Positions 1-6,884 of a stretch of 64,000 bases of DNA are shown one piece after another; position 1 is the stretch's first letter, and each line of letters opens with the position of its first letter. The notes under the pieces are model-generated. The model did no database searches. It was not told the origin of the DNA and saw only the letters and a list, made by a program, of their open reading frames with translations. The position numbers and the translations under genes are program-made. The DNA is from an uncultured SAR86 cluster bacterium (GTDB taxonomy: Bacteria > Pseudomonadota > Gammaproteobacteria > Magnimaribacterales > D2472). The stretch lies in contig CALSQM010000004.1 of the NCBI GenBank assembly GCA_943788515.1, positions 20,576 to 84,575 of the forward strand, read 5' to 3'.

Positions 1-735
1 CTGGTCAGATTTGGGGCTCATCTTGAACACAATAGCCTTAAACCATGCGTCTTTATCTAGAGAATCGTTTGCAAGCGCAATGATATTATATGGATTATTT
101 TTATCATCAAGAACAACATGGCAATTAGTGAACAGCATATCTCCAGAGACGGCTACAGCAGAACCCTGGCTTGAAAAATTACTACCTTGATTTGTAGCAA
201 GGATCATAAACACTGATTTTTCAAACATTTGGAAAACCTGCTCGCCAGAAAGAGTATTTACATTTGTATTTTTTCTATTAAAAATATTAATCCAATCACT
301 TTGACTGGATGATTTAACTTCCTTTTTAGGTCTATTAGCTATGTTAAGGTCCTCTTTCATACTTTCAGGTAAGTCTTTAAACCCAATTAATTGCTTATTT
401 ATACAGACAGAAAATTTACTTGTATTCCGAATCATGGCAGAGTTACAAGGTGCAAGAATATTATTTTTTTGATTTTCTTCCAATGAATCAAAAATAACCC
501 AGTTAATTGAATCTAGAGATAGCTGAGTCTCTTTAATACAATTACTATATTTTTGAATATTTCTCTTCTTAAAAGAACTGCACTTTTTTAAAAGAACTAT
601 ATTTATAAATTCATTTTTTGCTTCTGATGAATATTTATTTTTTGGTGCATTTGCATCACCTGCAACTGGACCGATATCAGAACTACATGATGTTATGGCT
701 ATAAATAAAATAATGTTAAAGATTCTATTTTTCAT
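1..735 (-). CDS. Lipoprotein with trypsin-like (S1, Trypsin_2/DegP-type) serine protease domain; 3' end lies outside the window
   Basis: Not in the ORF track because it runs off the edge. Hand translation from ATG 735..733 gives MKNRIFNIILFIAITSCSSDIGPVAGDANAPK..., a signal peptide with a lipobox-like ITSC. A Cys-containing region of about 170 aa follows, then ...QGSAVAVSGDMLFTNCHVVLDD...AIVFKMSPKSDQ, which matches the GSG..TNxHV catalytic-His region of trypsin-like peptidases. The start overlaps the stop of the upstream ORF as ATGA. Confidence 0.6.
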   Translation of the reverse strand, partial: MKNRIFNIILFIAITSCSSDIGPVAGDANAPKNKYSSEAKNEFINIVLLKKCSSFKKRNIQKYSNCIKETQLSLDSINWVIFDSLEENQKNNILAPCNSAMIRNTSKFSVCINKQLIGFKDLPESMKEDLNIANRPKKEVKSSSQSDWINIFNRKNTNVNTLSGEQVFQMFEKSVFMILATNQGSNFSSQGSAVAVSGDMLFTNCHVVLDDKNNPYNIIALANDSLDKDAWFKAIVFKMSPKSDQ

Positions 736-1151
736 TTTTTAAATGTTTTAAGGGTGCTTTTGATAAAGTTTTTTAAAAAGAAATACAAATTAGTTATTTT
801 TTTTACTGCCCAAATAGGCCAAGCAAAAATAAATAAAAAGCCAAGCCTTAGAAATAAATTATAATTTTTAATTTTCCAAGCTTGAAAAATTTTTTTAACT
901 TTAATCTTATGCTTTACCCTATTTTTTAATTTCTTATATCTACTTCTAGTGCCTCTATAATCTTTATACCTTCTTAAAAAATCACTGTTAAAATGGTATT
1001 TATGAATCAAGGATAATGCATTGGCTTTGATATAAAACCTATAAAAATGTCGTATGTAAGAAATTCTAAAAATTTTAAGAGCTCTTTGCTTAATAGAAAG
1101 CTGTTTAAATGTAAGGGATCTAGTAAACATTTCTACATATGTCCTTTGCAA
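732..1151 (-). CDS. Small, very basic hypothetical protein with a C-terminal hydrophobic segment
   Basis: 139-aa ORF rich in K, R, F and Y, with one hydrophobic stretch (LFLRLGFLFIFAWPIWAV). It is the only open frame filling the 385-nt gap between two genes in an otherwise gap-free genome. Its TGA overlaps the ATG of the next gene (ATGA at 732..735). I recognise no family. Confidence 0.45.
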   Translation of the reverse strand: MQRTYVEMFTRSLTFKQLSIKQRALKIFRISYIRHFYRFYIKANALSLIHKYHFNSDFLRRYKDYRGTRSRYKKLKNRVKHKIKVKKIFQAWKIKNYNLFLRLGFLFIFAWPIWAVKKITNLYFFLKNFIKSTLKTFKK

Positions 1152-2448
1152 ATCTTACTGTATATATAATGTTATTATCATCAGGATTATCAGTGCTTGA
1201 TACTTTTTTTATATTTTTTCTAAGTTTTTGGATGGTTGATTTAGCATCTATGGTAACCAAGCGATTATTGCTATTTGTGTCATCAAAAGTATAACTTTGA
1301 ACCCTTGCTCTATTTTGATCTGTAATTAAAATATCAAAGGTCGCATTAAATTCAGGGTTCCTTTTACCCCTTGCTCTTCTGCAATTAACTACCTTATCCC
1401 ATTTAAATAATGCTTTTTGTGATGATGTCTTGGGAGCTATAAAAGAATCGGTGGTATCTGGTCCACTTATATTATCTTTTTTGTTTTTAGAAATATCTTG
1501 CGATGATGTTTTGGGAATTATTAGAGAGTCAATGATATCTAGTCCGGTTATATCATCTTTAATTTTTTTAGAGCCATCTGGCTGAACCTTATTCATTTGA
1601 TTAAAAGTATCACAAGCGTTTTCTGGAAATCTACTTTTAATTGCTTCATATTTTTTTTCGAAACGTGTTGTAGGGATAAAGTTCATCTCATCTCCTATTG
1701 CTTTTCTTGGAAATTTAGAAATGTCAGTATCAATTAATTCTAAATTAATTAATCTTGCGACATGTTGTGCTTGTCCTTCTTTAAAATCTAAAGATTTGTC
1801 ATGAATAAGAGACATAAATTCTATAATTTCATTTCTTTTAATGTACATCTTATTGGTTATAGTTGAAGCTCCGTCAACCATATCGAAGTCAGTCTCACGT
1901 TTCCTCTCCCAATTAGATTTTATAACTACGATATCACCAGCGCTACACATACCAATATCAAATAAAAATTCAACTGGAGGAGCCCTCTCAACCTCAATAG
2001 GCCAAGCCCAATCCGCACATTGTCTCCAGAATTTTTTATCAATACAGTTTCCTGCTATAAGTGAATCTGCGGGAGGCTCACCTTCAGTTTCTGTTGTATT
2101 ATCCTCAGGAGTTAATCTTTTTATTTCATTCTCAAGCCTTCTCTTGTCTTGTTTTAACTCAGTAATTTGTAGAGCCAATTCTACATTTATAGGTCCTAGT
2201 GGTGAAGGCTCATTATCAGCCTCAATAATTAAAATAAGAGTATCTTTTTCATCCTGCAAGTCAGAATTCATATTTTCTAGATCAACTTTCTGAGTAATTA
2301 AATTATCTACCTCGTCTTCTAAAGATACGTTAGATTGATTAACTTTATTAATATTAAATATTGCAAATAGCATTAATACAAAGAAAAGAATGATGATTAT
2401 TTCTGTAAGCGATGTATTGAATAAGTCCCCATGCTTATTCTTGCTCAT
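1120..2448 (-). CDS. MotB/ExbD/TolR-like membrane-anchored protein with a coiled coil and a Cys-rich C-terminal domain that is not OmpA-like
   Basis: The N-terminus GDLFNTSLTEIIIILFFVLMLFAIF resembles the single TM of ExbD/TolR/MotB (compare INVTPFIDVMLVLLIIFMV), with Glu16 near the position of the essential Asp. Residues about 40-112 are heptad-like (SLEDEVDNLITQKVDLENMNSDLQDEKD...ELKQDKRRLENEIKRL). The C-terminal ~300 aa carry 6 Cys and a 27-aa tandem repeat. I see no OmpA-type peptidoglycan-binding motif. The start overlaps the upstream stop as ATGA. Confidence 0.5.
   Translation of the reverse strand: MSKNKHGDLFNTSLTEIIIILFFVLMLFAIFNINKVNQSNVSLEDEVDNLITQKVDLENMNSDLQDEKDTLILIIEADNEPSPLGPINVELALQITELKQDKRRLENEIKRLTPEDNTTETEGEPPADSLIAGNCIDKKFWRQCADWAWPIEVERAPPVEFLFDIGMCSAGDIVVIKSNWERKRETDFDMVDGASTITNKMYIKRNEIIEFMSLIHDKSLDFKEGQAQHVARLINLELIDTDISKFPRKAIGDEMNFIPTTRFEKKYEAIKSRFPENACDTFNQMNKVQPDGSKKIKDDITGLDIIDSLIIPKTSSQDISKNKKDNISGPDTTDSFIAPKTSSQKALFKWDKVVNCRRARGKRNPEFNATFDILITDQNRARVQSYTFDDTNSNNRLVTIDAKSTIQKLRKNIKKVSSTDNPDDNNIIYTVRFAKDICRNVY
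1417..1560 (-). repeat. Diverged in-frame tandem duplication with an 81-nt period (27 aa) inside CDS 1120..2448
   Basis: 1417..1479 and 1498..1560 align without gaps at roughly three quarters identity. They encode DDITGLDIIDSLIIPKTSSQ and DNISGPDTTDSFIAPKTSSQ. Confidence 0.75.
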
Positions 2449-3347
2449 TTTAATTCTTCTTTAATATACTCTGCATTCGCACGCAGTGAGTAATTAACCT
2501 CACTGTATGTTTTTTTAGTTTCATCTAAGAGGCTTTCTAGTGATTTGTTATAGTCTTCAATTCTTTTTGAGCTATTTTCAAAGGTTTGATTTAAATGCTC
2601 AATATTTGATTCCATAACTGGACTAAGCCTCTCAAGAACTAGATTAAGTGATGTGAACTTAGCTGATAGATCTTCAAAATATTTGAGGTCAATAGCTCTT
2701 GTTTGTGCATTTAAATTCGCTAAATTATCTTTCAATTCATTTGCATTTGATGCTATATCGTGCAAAGTTGCTGAAAGCTCACTTGGAACATCAAGTGTTT
2801 TTGAAAGATTATTTAAATTTCCTGATAATGGAGCTGATACTCTTTCAGCATCAGCTGCTAATGTTGTAAAAGCTCCTGTAATTCTTTGAGTTTGAGTTTC
2901 AAGCTCTTGTGCTTCTGCAATGAGTTTTTCTCTGATTGTTTCTTCACCATTAAATGCATTAGTTGAGGCAAGTTGAAGCCATATTATTCTTGCAACCAAA
3001 CCGATAATAGTGGTAACTAGTGCTAAACCAAAATCTCTTACAACTGAATTAAAAATATTCTCAATCTTGTCTACATCTAGAGCTATAAGTGTATTTATCA
3101 TTGCTATTAGCGTAAGGATAAAACCTAGGTAATAACAACTATCAGCCTTTTGTTCTTTTGATATAGATTCATTCTCATTGAAATAAATGAAATAAATATA
3201 AAAAGCCATAATAGCAATCATAGACACAACATTAATAGCAATATTGCTACCCAAAAAAATAATTAATAAAAAACCAGCTGTGAGTGTTCCACCAAATAGA
3301 TATGAAGGTTTTATAGAAAAAATATTTGAAGACTCGTTTTGTGACAT
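2445..3347 (-). CDS. MotA/TolQ/ExbB-family-like proton-channel protein with a ~170-aa C-terminal helical tail
   Basis: Four predicted TM segments (about aa 16-33, 36-56, 71-90, 105-127). The last two, CYYLGFILTLIAMINTLIAL...FGLALVTTIIGLVARIIW, align by eye with the ExbB core PLLGLLGTVWGIMNSFIGI...IAEALLATAIGLVAAIP. Residues 130-300 are helical with repetitive Leu, Asn and Glu, consistent with a coiled coil. Confidence 0.55.
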   Translation of the reverse strand: MSQNESSNIFSIKPSYLFGGTLTAGFLLIIFLGSNIAINVVSMIAIMAFYIYFIYFNENESISKEQKADSCYYLGFILTLIAMINTLIALDVDKIENIFNSVVRDFGLALVTTIIGLVARIIWLQLASTNAFNGEETIREKLIAEAQELETQTQRITGAFTTLAADAERVSAPLSGNLNNLSKTLDVPSELSATLHDIASNANELKDNLANLNAQTRAIDLKYFEDLSAKFTSLNLVLERLSPVMESNIEHLNQTFENSSKRIEDYNKSLESLLDETKKTYSEVNYSLRANAEYIKEELK

Positions 3348-3358
3348 TATTTCTTATA

Positions 3359-4294
3359 CTACCTTACAATGAATGATCCCTGCCCAGCGTATAAAGATTT
3401 TGTAAAGTAATCCTCCCAAAACTTTTGATGTTCTCTTGTTTGAGCTCCTTCAAAATCAGGATCATCTTTCCTGTTCAGATAAATAACTTGCCATTCAACA
3501 CCTCTTAGGGATCCAAAGGTAGTCCTATAATCTTGTTTCCACTCATTATAGTCAAGTGTGAAATTTCCATATTTAGGAAATTGAGAATACTTACCTTTCC
3601 CACCATATTGGACCATATCTGAGACCATTATAAGATAATGAGGCTTGTCCATTTCTACAGCAAACTCACTTGCTGATAAAGCAGAAATGGTTTCAATTAT
3701 CGGAGATGTGTTTTGTTCAAATTCTACTAAAAGATTTTGCAGTTCATCATCTACTCTCTTTAGTAATTTCTTATTATTTTTCTTAATAATACTTGGATTT
3801 ACAAAAATGCCTTCATTTCCATCTATATCCTTAGGTAATGGGCCTCTGCAAATTGATAAGGGAATGCCGTCACTATCAAGAACGGGCTTTAAGCCATCAT
3901 TAGTATTTAGAGCATCTTGGCTCATGACATACAATTGAATCATAGTATTAGAATCAAATGCTTTTTTATTAAATTGGGATGGGTCTATATCAATACTACT
4001 TTCTAGGATGTCTTCTGTTCTTCCAGAAAGCCATGAAGCAAACATTTTTCTAAGACTTTGAACTTGATTTTTAGGAAAACCTTCAGATTGGTCTATGATG
4101 ATAGCTGTATATGCCGATGGTCCTGCATCAATAGGGCAATTTGTAGTTTTACTTCTTTCAACAAAAAGATCCGGGTCGCCGCTTTTAATTTGGTTCATGC
4201 CATATATAACACCTGCAATTAAAAGAACCAGAGCTACTCCAATCAGAATGGCTTGGTTTTGTTGTTTTTTTTGTTTCTGCTTAAAAGTTGCCAT
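3359..4294 (-). CDS. N-terminally membrane-anchored protein with a vWA-like alpha/beta domain
   Basis: A Lys-rich N-terminus is followed by a TM (AILIGVALVLLIAGVIYGM). Strand and MIDAS-like elements occur in vWA order: YTAIIIDQSEG (DxSxx), NTSPIIETISALSAS (Thr loop) and HYLIMVSDMVQYGG (TDG-like). Confidence 0.4.
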   Translation of the reverse strand: MATFKQKQKKQQNQAILIGVALVLLIAGVIYGMNQIKSGDPDLFVERSKTTNCPIDAGPSAYTAIIIDQSEGFPKNQVQSLRKMFASWLSGRTEDILESSIDIDPSQFNKKAFDSNTMIQLYVMSQDALNTNDGLKPVLDSDGIPLSICRGPLPKDIDGNEGIFVNPSIIKKNNKKLLKRVDDELQNLLVEFEQNTSPIIETISALSASEFAVEMDKPHYLIMVSDMVQYGGKGKYSQFPKYGNFTLDYNEWKQDYRTTFGSLRGVEWQVIYLNRKDDPDFEGAQTREHQKFWEDYFTKSLYAGQGSFIVR

Positions 4295-4310
4295 ATTTTG
4301 TTTCTATTAT

Positions 4311-5702
4311 TTAATATTCTTTTCTTATGTTTCTTATACTAGTTTGAATATCTGGCCATGACTGAAGCAATCTCTCTGCACTTGCTTTAACACTTATAAA
4401 ATTGGCAGACTCTCCATTCATTCGCTGAGATTGGTCATCTAGAATTCTCCAGGTGAAATCAATTTTATTTTCAAAATATCTAGGCACATCAGTATCTCTA
4501 GCCTCTTTATTTGAGGTTCTGTATTGTTCGATAACTGCTTCAAAGCTTCCAGCAAGGTTTTCAAAATAATCACGATATTCTTCTTTTATTCTTAACTCAA
4601 TAAAACCTATGGTTTGTTGAAGGTTTGTAATATGTGTTGTAGCAGAATTTATTAACTTATTCCCCTCTTGAACAAAACCTGAATATAATTCTTCCTGTTT
4701 AAAATTAGCCTCTGATTTAAGGCTTAATAAATTCTCTTCAAAATCATCAAGCTGCAGAGACTTTTTACCATACCCTGGATAGGTATCTGCATGAAAAAAG
4801 GAATCTAATAGCGCTATAAGTGCACACATCATACCTAGTGCAACAAGAAAATAAGAAACAGGCTCACTTAAGGTAAATGGGCTACTTTGTATGGCCTCTA
4901 AAGCTTTATATGCATCCTCCATCCCCTGACCCTCGGGATTAGTTATAGCATCTCTAAAATGTCCAATTAAAAAATTAATAGCAGAGATTAATGAAAGCCA
5001 TATTAGCCCAATAAGGTAGCCAAATATTTTAACTCCAGCTTTGACATGATTAATATTTCTTATAAGCGGAGCTAATATAAGGCCTATAGAAACATTTACG
5101 GCAGAGAATGCAAAAGCCCAAGTCATACCAGCTGCTGAACTTCCAGTTAGATTTTCTCCAAGAAAAACTCCATTTAATATAGTTTCAGCTATCAAGATTA
5201 CAACTAATATCATGACAAAAAACAACGCTGAGCTCATGGGTTTTGCTGGCCTGGTTAATTTATTATTACGCTTAAAACTACTTAAATCTGCTTTTGAAGC
5301 CTTAACATCCTCATTAGCACTTTTTATTCTTCCTTCGTATTCATTTTGAACAGCTTTAATTTGATTATTGAATTTCTGTTCATGTTGACTAAAAGCATTT
5401 TTGTTATCTTCAAGTCTTCCTAAAGTACTGCCAAGTGAATTTATTTGAATATCGATTTCATTTTTCTTTGTTGATTTAAATCTATCGAATTCTGTTTTTA
5501 CATGGGAGTGAAACTTATCATGACTTAAAGCTTCAGAAGGGGGTAGGTTTAGAGAGCCATTAGCTTGTGCTTCACTTTCAACGTTAAAGTGCTCCATCCA
5601 ATGTTCAGTAGTCTGAATGGTCCAGTTAGAATAAATTGAGCTTCCAAGACCAACATCAGGCTTCTCAGTTTTACTAAAAAAATTCTTTATCCAATTTAAC
5701 AT
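4311..5702 (-). CDS. Hypothetical 4-TM inner-membrane protein flanked by helical or coiled-coil regions
   Basis: 463 aa. Residues about 60-150 are a polar helical region. The TM segments are about 158-180, 192-214, 225-248 and 283-304. A DTYPGYG motif follows TM4, then a ~150-aa helical C-terminus. It is the first gene of the operon. I recognise no family. Confidence 0.6.
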   Translation of the reverse strand: MLNWIKNFFSKTEKPDVGLGSSIYSNWTIQTTEHWMEHFNVESEAQANGSLNLPPSEALSHDKFHSHVKTEFDRFKSTKKNEIDIQINSLGSTLGRLEDNKNAFSQHEQKFNNQIKAVQNEYEGRIKSANEDVKASKADLSSFKRNNKLTRPAKPMSSALFFVMILVVILIAETILNGVFLGENLTGSSAAGMTWAFAFSAVNVSIGLILAPLIRNINHVKAGVKIFGYLIGLIWLSLISAINFLIGHFRDAITNPEGQGMEDAYKALEAIQSSPFTLSEPVSYFLVALGMMCALIALLDSFFHADTYPGYGKKSLQLDDFEENLLSLKSEANFKQEELYSGFVQEGNKLINSATTHITNLQQTIGFIELRIKEEYRDYFENLAGSFEAVIEQYRTSNKEARDTDVPRYFENKIDFTWRILDDQSQRMNGESANFISVKASAERLLQSWPDIQTSIRNIRKEY

Positions 5703-5781
5703 TTTTATTATCTTTCTTTAATTAGATTTAAAGCATACCAAATAGATATTTTTATTCAATAAAACTTAAGAATACATATTG

Positions 5782-5812
5782 AATAAGAATCATTATTATA
5801 ATGATTCTTATT
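5782..5812. promoter_or_regulatory. Perfect inverted repeat (13-bp arms, 5-bp spacer) resembling a Fur box, overlapping TATAAT hexamers on both strands
   Basis: aataagaatcatt-attat-aatgattcttatt. The stretch 5797..5815 (tataatgattcttattata) matches the 19-bp Fur consensus GATAATGATAATCATTATC at 14 of 19 positions by hand alignment. It lies in the divergent region between the operon start (5702) and the ferritin-like gene (5906). Confidence 0.45.
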
Positions 5813-5905
5813 ATAAATTAACCATATATCAGTAGTTTACATGAGATTAAAATTAATTTATAGTTTGTAAGCTTTATTTTTTTTGCTTACTTAAGAGGTA
5901 TCTAT

Positions 5906-6346
5906 ATGACGATGAATCCGCTAGAAACACAACAAGCCTGTGCAATATTAAATGAGATCATGGAATATGAGTTAGCTGGTGTTGTCCGCTATACTCACTC
6001 TGCCATGATGGTGACGGGTCCTTATCGAATTCCCATCGTTGCATTCTTAAAAGAACAAGCAGCAGAGTCATTGCTTCATGCTCAAGGAGCAGGTGAATTA
6101 ATAGCGGGGCTTGATGGACACCCAAGTCAAAAAATTGCAAAGATTGAAGAAACAGGAAGACACGCAATCAAAGATATTTTAGAAGAGAGTCTAGGCCATG
6201 AACTTCATGCCGTTGGACTTTATAAAAAACTCTTAGAAGAAGTTGAAAATAAGTCTATATATCTTGAAGAATATGCTCGAGGAATGATCGGAGAGGAAGA
6301 GCAACATTCGCTTGAATTAAAAAGAATGTTGAAAGATTACGGATAA
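5906..6346 (+). CDS. Bacterioferritin/ferritin-like di-iron protein
   Basis: 146 aa, four-helix-bundle-like, with ferroxidase-type ligand spacing: EYELAG, ESLLHA (ExxH), GHELHA and EEEQHS (ExxH). An AGAGG ribosome-binding site lies upstream. Confidence 0.7.
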   Translation: MTMNPLETQQACAILNEIMEYELAGVVRYTHSAMMVTGPYRIPIVAFLKEQAAESLLHAQGAGELIAGLDGHPSQKIAKIEETGRHAIKDILEESLGHELHAVGLYKKLLEEVENKSIYLEEYARGMIGEEEQHSLELKRMLKDYG

Positions 6347-6352
6347 AATTAA

Positions 6353-6790
6353 TTATAGTTTTTTAAAGTATCTTCCATGATGAGCTTCGGATAATTCTAA
6401 AAGCTCCTTGTTGATAATATCTTTAATAGTTCTAGGATCGTATGACTTCAAACTTGCGATTCCAAACTTTTGTAAATCTAAAGCTTGAGATCCAGCAGCC
6501 CTTAATAAATCAAAAATCCATGTAAGCGGATCCATAGAATTATTATAGTTAATTGCATTTTCTTTGAGTTTAAGTTGGAGTAAATCTTGATCTAGGATAT
6601 TAAATCTATCCTTTAAAATAAGGACCTTAAATTTCTCTAATCGATCATTAACAAGCGCCCTTTCGTCTTGTGAAAATTTTGGCCATCCAATGATTTCATG
6701 AACAAACCTTTTGCAGCCTTTACAGACATCATCGCCATATGTTGTTGAACAAATGCCAAGGCATGGGGTCGTTGATCTATTTTTTTGCAT
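6353..6790 (-). CDS. DUF1289-family protein (putative Fe-S/Cys-cluster protein)
   Basis: The N-terminus TPCLGICSTTYGDDVCKGCKRFVHEIIGW matches the DUF1289 pattern PCxGxC...CxGCxR..xE. Confidence 0.65.
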   Translation of the reverse strand: MQKNRSTTPCLGICSTTYGDDVCKGCKRFVHEIIGWPKFSQDERALVNDRLEKFKVLILKDRFNILDQDLLQLKLKENAINYNNSMDPLTWIFDLLRAAGSQALDLQKFGIASLKSYDPRTIKDIINKELLELSEAHHGRYFKKL

Positions 6791-6884
6791 ATTTAGCCAA
6801 ATAATAACTCATTTTCAAATAAAATCTTTGATTTAGTAGAAGCCTTTTGGCTATAGGAGTAAAATGAGCCACGGAGAAAATCAT

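Noticed and set aside
1841-2293. Plus-strand ORFs lying antisense within the left-edge operon: 1841..2293, 2653..2889, 3645..3938 and 4095..4361.
   Set aside because: Each is fully embedded opposite a longer ORF that has coherent TM or coiled-coil architecture. Their translations are low-complexity and Ser/Phe/Leu-rich, as expected for the antisense strand of AT-rich coding DNA.
1-5702. Reading the left-edge MotA/MotB-like pair as ordinary flagellar motAB, tolQR or exbBD.
   Set aside because: No flagellar, tolA/tolB/pal or tonB genes are adjacent. The MotA-like protein lacks the large cytoplasmic loop and carries a long tail. The MotB-like protein lacks an OmpA-like or TolR/ExbD periplasmic domain as far as I can see. 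This remains to be tested with profile searches.
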